A stretch of DNA of 32,000 nt from NCBI RefSeq assembly GCF_900289195.1, contig NZ_OMOH01000001.1, positions 178,706 to 210,705 of the forward strand, written 5' to 3'. The notes below the pieces were generated by a model that was given only the letters and a program-made list of their open reading frames with translations, searched no databases and was not told the DNA's origin. The position numbers were made by a program, and so were the translations under genes. Each line of letters starts with the position of its first letter. Positions within the stretch are counted from its first letter, which is position 1. This document shows, piece by piece, positions 1 through 8,067 of this stretch. The DNA comes from Propionibacterium ruminifibrarum (lineage in GTDB: Bacteria > Actinomycetota > Actinomycetes > Propionibacteriales > Propionibacteriaceae).

Positions 1-422
1 GCGGCGGTGAGGTCGTCGACTACGACCCCAAGCGCGAATGGCTGTCACGGCTGGCGAACATCTGGATTCAGGCCGTGATGGATCTTCCGGTCCGTGACAG
101 CACCGGCGGTTTCAACGCGTTCCGGGCCGGTGCACTGGAGAGCATGGACCTCGACACGATCGCCTCGAAGGGGTACACCTTCCAGGTGGATCTCACCCGG
201 CGCGTCATCGCGGCGGGTGGCACGGTGGCCGAGGTACCCATCAGTTTCCCGGACCGCCAGCTCGGCGAGTCGAAGATGAGCGGTTCGATCATCGTCGAGG
301 CGCTGCGCCGCACGGCCGGGTGGGGTTACGAGAAGCGTTCGGCCCAGGTCAGGGAACTCGCCGGCGCGGCAGCGGCCAGGATCAAGCCGCTGCTCGGCAG
401 CCTCACCGACCAGACCCGCTGA
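1..422 (+). CDS. ppm1: Polyprenol-phosphate mannosyltransferase (GT2, Ppm1/DPM1-type), C-terminal part; 5' end outside window
   Basis: Frame 3 is open from the window edge to TGA 420-422. Translation ...DLPVRDSTGGFNAFRAGALESMDLDTIASKGYTFQVDLTRRVIAAGGTVAEVPISFPDRQLGESKMSG... matches the conserved C-terminal core of Ppm1-type GT2 enzymes. Convergent with rbpA, as in mycobacteria. Confidence 0.8.
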   Translation, partial: GGEVVDYDPKREWLSRLANIWIQAVMDLPVRDSTGGFNAFRAGALESMDLDTIASKGYTFQVDLTRRVIAAGGTVAEVPISFPDRQLGESKMSGSIIVEALRRTAGWGYEKRSAQVRELAGAAAARIKPLLGSLTDQTR

Positions 423-535
423 CCGGCGAGGACCGGACCGTCGGCACCTTCTCTGCCGCCGCGGTGAGCCGGCGGCCGGCCTTGCGCGAGCAGCTTCCTG
501 CGGCCCTTGAGCGCATTCGGGGAGCCGCAGAGCGG

Positions 536-874
536 TCAGTAGTGCGGGGTGTTGCGCACGACCTCGAGGCGTTCGGCGAGTAACTCCTCCAGCTCGGAGA
601 TCGAACGGCGTTCCAGCAGCATGTCCCAGTGGGTGCGAGGCGGTTTGACCTGCTTGTCCTCGGGCTGGGTGCCGTCGGAACGAGCCGCCACGGCCCCGCA
701 GCGCGGGCACTCCCACTCGGCCGGCAGCTCGGCCTCGGTCGAGAACGTGATGTCGAAGTGGTGGCCCTTGGGACAGTCGAAGCCCAACACCTTGCGGGCG
801 GCGAACTCGACACCTTCCTCGTCCTCGAAGCTCTTGGCCCCGAGGCCCATACCGCGTAGTGCTCGATCTGCCAT
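536..874 (-). CDS. rbpA: RNA polymerase-binding protein RbpA
   Basis: 112 aa. Central CPxGH...CPRCG motif and C-terminal KPPRTHWDMLLERRSISELEELL sigma-interaction motif are typical of actinobacterial RbpA. ATG at 874 is preceded by GAAGGA SD (minus strand). Confidence 0.93.
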   Translation of the reverse strand: MADRALRGMGLGAKSFEDEEGVEFAARKVLGFDCPKGHHFDITFSTEAELPAEWECPRCGAVAARSDGTQPEDKQVKPPRTHWDMLLERRSISELEELLAERLEVVRNTPHY

Positions 875-953
875 CTCAATTCCTTCGTGTCCTGGCCCTC
901 ACGGGCGATCCTGCATGACTCGGACGTATCGGCAGGGATGTCTTACCGTCTTC

Positions 954-979
954 AACGAGGTGTGCACCGTCATTGTTCC
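954..979 (-). promoter_or_regulatory. Candidate SigR/SigH/SigE-type ECF promoter upstream of rbpA (GGAAC-N18-GTT)
   Basis: Minus strand reads GGAAC (plus 975-979), an 18-nt spacer AATGACGGTGCACACCTC, then GTT (plus 954-956), about 80 nt upstream of the rbpA ATG. This fits the GGAAT/C-N17-18-(c)GTT consensus of thiol-stress ECF sigma factors. Confidence 0.45.
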
Positions 980-1083
980 ACGGGCCGACACGACCCCACT
1001 GCCCCCACCACCCATTATCATCGGGCCCGGAATCGCGCACATCCCGTCGCCTGCCTCCGGGCCGCCCGTCCCGGGCGGGTGCC

Positions 1084-1905
1084 TCACCACAGCCCACGGT
1101 CCATGCACAGGGCCTTCAGCTCGGCGATCCGGTTCGAGACGATGCCGTCGACGCCGGCATCCATGAGCGAACGCATCTGGTCGGGGTCGTCGATCGTCCA
1201 CACGTGGACGCGCATGTCACGGCCGCGAGCAGTGCGCAGCAGCCCTCGGGTCAGGACGGTGATGTCGGCAGGCCCGATCCGCTGCCGCACGGGGATCTGG
1301 AAGGCCTGGACGCCCGCATTCACGAAGCGGGGGAGCACCGGCACGAAGGACGACCAGGCGACCGCGCACAGCGACGCCGACGTGGCCACCCGGGGCCCCA
1401 TGGCCCGACGGAAGGCGGCCAGCCGCAGGGGGCTGAAACTCGCCACGCAGACCCTGTCATGGGCGTTGTGACGACGAATCGCCCGCACCAGCGGCGTGAT
1501 GGCGTTGGACTCCTTGATGTCGATGTTGATGCGCGCCTCGGGCAACGCCTCGAAGACCTCGTCCATCGTGGGAATCGGTTCGCGGCCGCCGATGCGGGCG
1601 GCCCGCACCTGGGCCCACTCGAGTTTGGCGATGGCGCCCCGCTGATCGGTGACCCGGTCGAGCCTCATGTCGTGGAAGGCGAGCAACTCCCCATCCGACG
1701 TTGCATGCACATCGGTCTCGACGTAGCGGTAGCCCAGGTCGTCGACTGCGTGCCGGAAGGCCAGCAGGGAGTTCTCGAACTCCTCACCGACACTGTCGTC
1801 ACAGCCGCCGCGGTGGGCGAACGCGGAGAAGGGCACGTCGAAGAACGCGTAGTCGCTGGCGTTACGGCTTCCACTCATGATCCGGGGACGCCTCTCAGCC
1901 GACAC
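1084..1905 (-). CDS. Glycerophosphodiester phosphodiesterase family protein (GDPD)
   Basis: FAHRGG, ENSLLAF and ETDVHATSDGELLAFHD motifs of the GDPD fold. The GTG at 1905 overlaps the upstream gene by 11 nt; an alternative ATG lies at 1878. Confidence 0.85.
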   Translation of the reverse strand: MSAERRPRIMSGSRNASDYAFFDVPFSAFAHRGGCDDSVGEEFENSLLAFRHAVDDLGYRYVETDVHATSDGELLAFHDMRLDRVTDQRGAIAKLEWAQVRAARIGGREPIPTMDEVFEALPEARINIDIKESNAITPLVRAIRRHNAHDRVCVASFSPLRLAAFRRAMGPRVATSASLCAVAWSSFVPVLPRFVNAGVQAFQIPVRQRIGPADITVLTRGLLRTARGRDMRVHVWTIDDPDQMRSLMDAGVDGIVSNRIAELKALCMDRGLW

Positions 1906-2602
1906 CGGGAAGACGGGACAGCAGCCGGACGGCCCAGCCAGGAACCCAGGAGGGGATGCCGACGACCAGCAGAGCGATGTAGAAGCAGACCACGACGACG
2001 CCGCCGAAGACGCACACGCCGATCACCTTCGCCCGCCTCGACCAGCACTCGACGTGGCGCACCACCATCAGGACGGTGACGGTGATGCGGTGCGCCCACC
2101 GGAACTCGCTGGCCAGGACGGCCATGCCGATGAGGAAGAGCGGAATACCGCCGGGGCCCGGCAACCAGCCCGTGAGCGCCGACAGGATGAGGAGAAGGGC
2201 GCCGAGAACACCGACACCGATGCGGTAGGCCAGGGAACTGGCCGGGTTCGCATGAAGACGGGCGCGCCAGGCGAACCGCTCCCGACGGGGGATGAGCCAG
2301 CGGTGCATGGCCGGCCTGATGCCGTGCGCCCGGGGCGCGGTCGCGTCGTCGCCATCGTCTCGTGCAGCGTCCGGGCCATCGTCGTGCGGCCTCGGGGGTG
2401 TCGGGCCCTCGCCGCCACTGTTCGCCGGAGGGTCGTCGAGCGGGGCGTCCGGGCCAGTCGGATCCGCAGACGCCCCGGGAAGCACCGTGAGCGGGCGGCC
2501 TGCCCCGGCGGCGGTCTCCTCGTCCGGACCGGGCAGCCCATGCGGCCCGAGGGCGTGGAGTCGCTGCTGCGGCCCCTCGTCGAAGACCTGCGCTGTGCTC
2601 AC
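1895..2602 (-). CDS. PGPGW-motif (TIGR02611-like) small membrane protein with long Pro/Asp-rich N-terminal extension
   Basis: The C-terminal ~130 aa has 3-4 TM helices and the GWLPGPGGIPLFLIGMAVLASEF motif. The N-terminal ~100 aa are low-complexity. GTG start at 2602 is uncertain; an internal ATG (MHRWLIPRRE) is possible. Confidence 0.65.
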   Translation of the reverse strand: MSTAQVFDEGPQQRLHALGPHGLPGPDEETAAGAGRPLTVLPGASADPTGPDAPLDDPPANSGGEGPTPPRPHDDGPDAARDDGDDATAPRAHGIRPAMHRWLIPRRERFAWRARLHANPASSLAYRIGVGVLGALLLILSALTGWLPGPGGIPLFLIGMAVLASEFRWAHRITVTVLMVVRHVECWSRRAKVIGVCVFGGVVVVCFYIALLVVGIPSWVPGWAVRLLSRLPGVG

Positions 2603-2728
2603 GGGTCAATGCTGCCAGAAGAACAGACCCGCCAGGGCGTTTCCACACCCGGATGGGTTCTCGTGGGGGAGCCGGCAGGCCAGAGCTCCACCCGTGGTCG
2701 CAGGGTTGCGTCGTACCGGGGGAGCAGC

Positions 2729-2763
2729 GCAGTGGGCCCGGCCACCCCGGCCGGGCCCACTGC
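2729..2763 (-). terminator. Perfect 15-bp stem hairpin downstream of the HTH-MurA gene
   Basis: GCAGTGGGCCCGGCC (2729-2743), loop ACCCC, GGCCGGGCCCACTGC (2749-2763). It lies 17 nt past the stop codon. No U-tract, which is common for actinobacterial terminators. Confidence 0.5.
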
Positions 2764-2779
2764 TGGAATCAGCCGTGGA

Positions 2780-4333
2780 TCACTCGTAGAAGGGCTCCAC
2801 GTGGGCGCCGAGGGCGTTGAGCCGGGTGGGCAGGTCCTCGTAGCCCCGGTTGATGACGTAGACGTCCCGCAGCACGCTGTTACCCCTCGCTGCGAGCATC
2901 GCCAGGAAGAGGCAGACAGCGGGGCGCAGCGCCGGGGGCGAGACCATGTCACGGCCGCGCCACCGCGTCGGACCATTGATGACGAGCCGGTGGGGATCGA
3001 GCAGCTGCACGTTCGCGCCGAGCTGCGACAGCTGCAGCAAGTGGATGGAGCGGTTCTCGAAGACCCAGTCGTGGATCTGCGTCTGGCCGTGGGCCGTCGC
3101 CGCGATGACCGCGAAGAACGGCAGGTTGTCGATGTTGAGGCCCGGGAACGGCATGGGGTGGATCTTGTCCTGGGGCGCCTTGAGTTCACTGGGTCGTACC
3201 GTGACGTCGGTCAGGCGGGTGAGCCCGTTGCCGGACCGGTATTCGTGCCCGAGCGAGAAGTCCAGGCCCATCTCCTCCCCGAGCACCGCGAGCTCGACCT
3301 CGAGGAACTCGATGGGCGCGCGCTCGATGGTGAGCTCGGAGCCGGTGACGACGGCCGCGGTGATGAGGCTCATCGCCTCGATCGGGTCCTCGCTGATCTG
3401 GTACGAGACGTCCATGCTGGGCGCTTCGTCGAGACCGTGGATGACCAGTGTCGTGGTGCCGATGCCCTCGATCCGCACGCCGAGCAGCATGAGGTAGGCG
3501 CACAGGTCCTGCACCATGTAATTGGACGAGGCGTTGCGGACGACCGTCGTGCCCGGGGTGACGGCTGCGGCCATGAGCGTGTTCTCGGTGACCGTGTCGC
3601 CGCGCTCGGTGAGGACGATGCGCCGTTCGCCCCCGCTGTCACGGTCTGCCGTGACGTGGTACTGGCCATTGGTGGCATGAACCTGAACACCGAAGTGGCG
3701 CAGTGATTGCAGGTGGGGCTCGACGGTGCGCACGCCGAGATCGCAGCCGCCGGCGTAAGGCAGCTGGAAGGTGTCGTAGAAGCGGCTGAGCGGACCCATG
3801 AACATGAGGATCGAGCGGGTGCGGCGGGCTGCTGCCTCGTCCATGCCGGTCAGGTCGAGCTCATCGGGGCGGTGCAGCGTGAGGTCCTTGCCGTCCGGCG
3901 ACCATGAGACCTCGACGCCGATGCTCGTGAGTACCTCGAGGAGCCGATTGACCTCCTCGATGTGGGCGATGCCCTTGAGCACCGTACGCCCGCGGTTCAG
4001 CAGGCTCGCGCACAGCAGCGCGACGGCGGCGTTCTTGCTGGAGCGCACCGGGATGGAGCCCTCCAGGTGCGTCTCACCGCCGATACGGAAGTTCAGGGCG
4101 CTCGTATTGCCGGGGACGATGAGGGGTGCTTCCAGGGCGTTGGCGATCCGGTTGATCGTCTCCAGGGACAGGTTCTGGTGCCCGGACTCGATTCGGTGGA
4201 TCGCGCTCTGGCTCGTGTTGAGTTCGGAGGCCAGCTGGTTCTGGGTCATGCCGCGCTGCTTGCGGGCATCGCGGATGAGACGGCCGATGTTGGCGGGGGT
4301 TGGTTCCTGAGTCACGACGACATCATAACTCAT
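2780..4333 (-). CDS. murA: XRE-family HTH domain fused to UDP-N-acetylglucosamine 1-carboxyvinyltransferase (MurA-type enolpyruvyl transferase)
   Basis: Single 517-codon ORF. Residues ~15-68 form a Cro/C1-type HTH (RKQRGMTQNQLASELNTSQSAIHRIESG). Residues ~80-517 align by eye with MurA: SSKNAA, GGCDLGVRTVEPH, FPGLNIDNLP, VFENRSIH, INRGYEDL. Confidence 0.85.
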   Translation of the reverse strand: MSYDVVVTQEPTPANIGRLIRDARKQRGMTQNQLASELNTSQSAIHRIESGHQNLSLETINRIANALEAPLIVPGNTSALNFRIGGETHLEGSIPVRSSKNAAVALLCASLLNRGRTVLKGIAHIEEVNRLLEVLTSIGVEVSWSPDGKDLTLHRPDELDLTGMDEAAARRTRSILMFMGPLSRFYDTFQLPYAGGCDLGVRTVEPHLQSLRHFGVQVHATNGQYHVTADRDSGGERRIVLTERGDTVTENTLMAAAVTPGTTVVRNASSNYMVQDLCAYLMLLGVRIEGIGTTTLVIHGLDEAPSMDVSYQISEDPIEAMSLITAAVVTGSELTIERAPIEFLEVELAVLGEEMGLDFSLGHEYRSGNGLTRLTDVTVRPSELKAPQDKIHPMPFPGLNIDNLPFFAVIAATAHGQTQIHDWVFENRSIHLLQLSQLGANVQLLDPHRLVINGPTRWRGRDMVSPPALRPAVCLFLAMLAARGNSVLRDVYVINRGYEDLPTRLNALGAHVEPFYE

Positions 4334-4337
4334 CCGT

Positions 4338-4352
4338 GAGATATTTCATCTC
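4338..4352. promoter_or_regulatory. Inverted repeat GAGAT-N5-ATCTC overlapping the putative murA-like promoter (candidate operator)
   Basis: gagatatttcatctc lies 5 nt upstream of ATG 4333, in the only AT-rich patch of the 139-bp divergent intergenic region. Confidence 0.3.
4341..4346 (-). promoter_or_regulatory. Candidate -10 element (AAATAT) for a leaderless murA-like transcript
   Basis: Minus strand reads AAATAT-CTCACGG-ATG (7-nt spacing). No SD motif is present. Confidence 0.3.
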
Positions 4353-4460
4353 TGGTAGGTCCGGGATGAGACGACCGTGCCGGGCCACCGCGGGGAACAG
4401 GGCCGATGTTGCTCAGAGCGAACCCGTCACTAGGGCCCATCCAGGTGGGGGCTGATCATT

Positions 4461-4466
4461 TACAGT
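4461..4466 (+). promoter_or_regulatory. Candidate -10 element (TACAGT) for a leaderless lpd transcript
   Basis: TACAGT-gacgat-ATG(4473) shows the TAnnnT hexamer 6 nt before the start codon, with no SD motif. Confidence 0.45.
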
Positions 4467-4472
4467 GACGAT

Positions 4473-5876
4473 ATGAGCGCTCATTTTGATGTAGTTGTTC
4501 TCGGTGCCGGCCCCGGCGGCTATGTCGCCGCCATCCGTGCAGCGCAGCTCGGCCTGAAGACCGCGATCATCGAGAAGCAGTGGTGGGGTGGTGTCTGCCT
4601 CAACGTGGGCTGCATCCCCACGAAGGCCCTCCTGCGCAATGCGGAACTGGCCCACATCGTGACGAAGGAGGCGGCGACCTTCGGCATCAGTGGTGACATC
4701 ACCGTCGACTACGGCACGGCCTTCGCCCGTAGCCGGCAGGTCAGCGACCGCATGGTCAAGGGCGTCCACTACCTGATGAAGAAGAACAAGATCACCGAGT
4801 ACGACGGCTACTGGGGCACCTTCGTCGATGCGAAGACCCTCCAGGTCGCCAGGGACGACGGCACCACGGACACCGTCACCTTCGAGAACTGCATCATCGA
4901 TGTCGGCGCCACGGCGAAGATGCTGCCCGGCACGAGCAAGTCCGACAACGTCTACTCCTTCGAGGAGATGATCCTGTCCGACCAGCTGCCCGACTCGATC
5001 ATCATCGGTGGCTCGGGGGCCATCGGCACCGAGTTCGCCTACGTTCTGGCCAGCTACGGCGTCGACGTGACCATCGTCGAGTTCCTCGACCGCATGGTCC
5101 CGAACGAGGACGAGGAGATCTCCAAGGAACTCACCCGCGAGTACAAGAAGCTCGGCATCACGATCATGACGAGCACCGCCGTGCAGTCCGTCGTCGACAC
5201 CGGATCCGGCGTGGAGGTCACCGTGGCCCCGGCCTCCGGCGGCGAGTCCCAGGTGCTGCACGCCGACAAGATGCTGCAGGCCATGGGTTTCGCCCCCCGC
5301 GTCGAGGGCTACGGCCTCGAGAACACCGGGGTCGCGCTCACCGAACGCGGCGCCATCGCGATCGACGACTACTGCCGCACCAACGTCCCGGGCATCTACG
5401 CCATCGGTGACTGCACCGCCAAGATGATGCTCGCCCACACCGCCGAGGCGATGGGTTCCGTGGCCGCCGAGACCATCGCGGGGGTCGAGACGATGCCCGT
5501 CGACTACACGATGATTCCGCGGGCCACCTACTCCCAGCCGCAGATCGCCAGCTTCGGTCTCACCGAGAAGCAGGCCAGGGATGCCGGCTACGAGGTCACC
5601 ACGAGCAAGTTCCCGTTCAGCGCCAACGGCAAGGCCGTCGGCATGGGCGCCGCCACCGGGTTCGTGAAACTCGTCGCCGACAGCCGCTACAACGAGATCC
5701 TCGGTGCGCACATGATCGGTGAGGGCGTCACCGAGCTGCTGCCCGAGCTGACCCTCGCTCAGAAGTGGGATCTGACCGCCGGCGAGGTGGCCCGCAACGT
5801 CCATGCGCACCCGACCCTGTCCGAGGCGCTCAAGGAGGTGGCCGAGGGCATCGAGGGCCACATGACGAACCTCTGA
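4473..5876 (+). CDS. lpd: Dihydrolipoyl dehydrogenase (E3)
   Basis: 467 aa. N-terminal GAGPGGY FAD motif, redox-active [16 protein letters not shown] disulfide motif and C-terminal HAHPTLSE interface motif. Confidence 0.95.
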   Translation: MSAHFDVVVLGAGPGGYVAAIRAAQLGLKTAIIEKQWWGGVCLNVGCIPTKALLRNAELAHIVTKEAATFGISGDITVDYGTAFARSRQVSDRMVKGVHYLMKKNKITEYDGYWGTFVDAKTLQVARDDGTTDTVTFENCIIDVGATAKMLPGTSKSDNVYSFEEMILSDQLPDSIIIGGSGAIGTEFAYVLASYGVDVTIVEFLDRMVPNEDEEISKELTREYKKLGITIMTSTAVQSVVDTGSGVEVTVAPASGGESQVLHADKMLQAMGFAPRVEGYGLENTGVALTERGAIAIDDYCRTNVPGIYAIGDCTAKMMLAHTAEAMGSVAAETIAGVETMPVDYTMIPRATYSQPQIASFGLTEKQARDAGYEVTTSKFPFSANGKAVGMGAATGFVKLVADSRYNEILGAHMIGEGVTELLPELTLAQKWDLTAGEVARNVHAHPTLSEALKEVAEGIEGHMTNL

Positions 5877-5906
5877 TCGCCCGATCCGGTCATCGTCTGT
5901 CGTTCG

Positions 5907-5941
5907 CTGCTGGGGCGCCCTGTTGTCGGGCGCCCCAGCAG
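5907..5941. terminator. Bidirectional terminator hairpin between convergent lpd and CLC genes
   Basis: CTGCTGGGGCGCCC (5907-5920), loop TGTTGTC, GGGCGCCCCAGCAG (5928-5941). A perfect 14-bp stem. Confidence 0.6.
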
Positions 5942-5956
5942 TCGTGAGTGGCCCCG

Positions 5957-7234
5957 TCAGCGTCGGCGTCTGCGCAGCGCGCCCGTGATGAGCAGGTCGA
6001 GGCACCAGACGGCCCACACGGCGAGGAGCGCCCAGACGGCGAGCGACGGCGGTGCCTTCGTCAGCTCGATCGCGAAGAAGGCGGCGAAGAGCGGAGCCTT
6101 CTGGTTGAGGGCGAGGACGCAGCCCGCCCCGGCGACGGCCAGCATCACCGTCGTGGCCGGATCAGCCCCGGCCACGACGCCCACGATCCCGCCGGTGCAG
6201 GCCCCAACGGCCAGCGAGGGCGTCAGCAGACCCCCGGTCGACCCGGTGACGAGAGCCGTTGCGGTGCCGCAGGCCTTGGCCACCAGCAGGGTGATCAGCG
6301 CCGCCGGCGTGAGCCCGCCGGCCAGGACGTGCTGGACGATCACCTGGCCGTTCCCGACGACGAGGGGCTGCCAGACGGCCAGCACCGCGACGGCGAGCGC
6401 CCCGAGCGGGACGGTCCCAACGAGCAGGCGGGTCGGCGGCGCATGTCTCCTGGCGGCGCCGATGAGCGCGTTGAAGGCCCATCCGACGAGTAGGGCGGCC
6501 GCCACGGCGACCGGGAGCAGCCAGGGGCTGTCCGGCGCGGCGGGTGTCACGGGCGGCACGGCGTAGACGGGTTCGTCGTGGTTGAAGGCCCACGAGACGA
6601 CGGTGGCGATGACGCAGACGAGGGCCGCCAGCCCCGTGTGCGCCCAGCCGCGGCGGGTGCGCAGGTCGGGGCGCAGGATCAGTTCCACCGTGTAGAAGGC
6701 GGCCGCGGCCGGGGTGTTGTAGACGGCCGCCAGGCCGGCACCGGCCGCGGAGCCGACGAGCAGCCGGCGTTCCTCCTCGCCGAGCCGCGTGCGGTCGAGC
6801 ACCATCTGACCGCCGACCGCGGCGAGGATGCGCGGTGCCGACTCCCTGCCGAGCGAGAGTCCCGAGCCGACGATGAGAAGTTGGGCGAGGGCGTCCGCGA
6901 CACTGCTCCTGACCGGCAGGCGGATGCGTCCGGCCGGATCGGGGTCGACCGCCTCGGCGATGCCGGGCGGCATGCCCCTGGGCCGGCGGCGGATCATCCG
7001 CCAGCAGAAGCCGCAGGCCAGACCGGCCAGGACGGCCACGCACAGGCGTCGCCACACCGGCGCGGCGGCGACGCCGTCCGGGGCCGTGGTGTAGTCGAAA
7101 CCGAAGCAGATCGTCTCGATGCCGATCGAGAGACAGCGGGTCAGTGAGCCGATGAGACCGGCGACCATGGCGACGAGCACGACGACCAGACCCAGCCGTG
7201 CCCGGTCACGCGCGGTCGCCGGGCGATCCGTCAT
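5957..7234 (-). CDS. CLC-family anion channel/transporter (no CBS domains), atypical selectivity motifs
   Basis: About 425 aa, polytopic. GSGLSLGRESAP (cf. GREGP gating-Glu motif) and GSTGGLLTPSLAVGA (cf. GxFxP motif). Start set at ATG 7234, which forms an ATGA overlap with the upstream stop (7231-7233). The first 58 codons of the track ORF are Arg/Gly-rich read-through. Confidence 0.8.
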   Translation of the reverse strand: MTDRPATARDRARLGLVVVLVAMVAGLIGSLTRCLSIGIETICFGFDYTTAPDGVAAAPVWRRLCVAVLAGLACGFCWRMIRRRPRGMPPGIAEAVDPDPAGRIRLPVRSSVADALAQLLIVGSGLSLGRESAPRILAAVGGQMVLDRTRLGEEERRLLVGSAAGAGLAAVYNTPAAAAFYTVELILRPDLRTRRGWAHTGLAALVCVIATVVSWAFNHDEPVYAVPPVTPAAPDSPWLLPVAVAAALLVGWAFNALIGAARRHAPPTRLLVGTVPLGALAVAVLAVWQPLVVGNGQVIVQHVLAGGLTPAALITLLVAKACGTATALVTGSTGGLLTPSLAVGACTGGIVGVVAGADPATTVMLAVAGAGCVLALNQKAPLFAAFFAIELTKAPPSLAVWALLAVWAVWCLDLLITGALRRRRR

Positions 7235-7983
7235 GTACCGCCCTCGGCCGCGACCTTGGCCGCCTCGGCCTGTGCCGTGACCGGGTCGAGATAGACGCCG
7301 GGGCCCACCGGATCGCCGTGCTCGTCGGTTCGGAAGACCAGCGGCTGGGCCGCCGGAATGTTGAGGTGCTCGACCTCGGTGGCGGACAGGTCGCTCATGA
7401 GCAGGCACAGTGCGCGCAGGGAGTTGCCGTGGGCGATCACGGCGATGGGGCCATCGGCCGAGGCCAGGCGCTCACGCAGTGCGGCCCAGAAGGGACGCAC
7501 GCGCTCGACGACGTCGGCCAGGGACTCGCTCATTCCGAGCGTGAGCGGCCCGAGCCCGTTGGCGCCGGACCGCCATGCGGCGCGCTGCTCGGCGGTGGCC
7601 GGCGGAGGCTTTCCGGTCAGGGTGCGGCGCCAGGTGAAGAAGGCCTCCTCGCCCCAGCGCGCGCGGCACTCGTGCTTGGGTACCCCGGTCAGGCATCCGT
7701 AGTCGCGCTCGGCCAGCCGCCAGTCCTGACACAGCTCAGCATCCGGGCACAGCGCCGTCCGGAGGCCCTCGGCCGTCCTGGTGGCGCGCAGCAGGGGGGA
7801 GGTGATGAGCAGGCGCGGGCGCAGTCCCGCATCGGACATGAGCCGGGCCGCGACGTCGATCTGGGCGATGCCGCGCGCCGAGAGATCGACGTCGAGCAGG
7901 CCGGTGAAGATCTGGTCGGCGTTGTAGACGGATTCGCCGTGACGGACCAGGACGAGGGTGCGCCGCACCTCACCGTTGTGCAT
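7231..7983 (-). CDS. gpmA: Histidine-phosphatase superfamily, 2,3-bisphosphoglycerate-dependent phosphoglycerate mutase-like
   Basis: LVLVRHGESVYN...FTG, ERDYG, AHGNSLRAL and a C-terminal Ala/Lys-rich tail (AEAAKVAAEGG), as in dPGM. ATG 7983 is preceded by GGAGG SD. Divergent at some usually conserved Trp positions, so it may be a paralogue. Confidence 0.75.
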   Translation of the reverse strand: MHNGEVRRTLVLVRHGESVYNADQIFTGLLDVDLSARGIAQIDVAARLMSDAGLRPRLLITSPLLRATRTAEGLRTALCPDAELCQDWRLAERDYGCLTGVPKHECRARWGEEAFFTWRRTLTGKPPPATAEQRAAWRSGANGLGPLTLGMSESLADVVERVRPFWAALRERLASADGPIAVIAHGNSLRALCLLMSDLSATEVEHLNIPAAQPLVFRTDEHGDPVGPGVYLDPVTAQAEAAKVAAEGGT

Positions 7984-8067
7984 GGTCGCCTCCCTCCGCG
8001 GCATCGGGGGACCAGTCTATGGGACCGGTGTCGGGCGTCGCCCGGGCTCTGGGCGGACCCGCGGCGC

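Noticed and set aside
1877-3706. 609-aa plus-strand ORF spanning the PGPGW and murA-like loci
   Set aside because: It is antisense to two genes with clear motifs, and its translation is Arg/Gly/Asp-rich low complexity.
4413-6017. 534-aa minus-strand ORF antisense to lpd
   Set aside because: Shadow ORF of lpd. It has no recognisable domains and an Gly/Asp/Val/Arg-rich composition.
7235-7408. 5' extensions of track ORFs (CLC 7235-7408; gatB 17572-17793; MetE-like 20759-20983; mnmA 21841-22050; glgX 21840-22034; ArsD-like 9329-9736)
   Set aside because: The extensions are Arg/Gly/Pro-rich and overlap upstream genes or promoters. Downstream starts are supported by ATGA overlaps, SD motifs or the onset of family homology.
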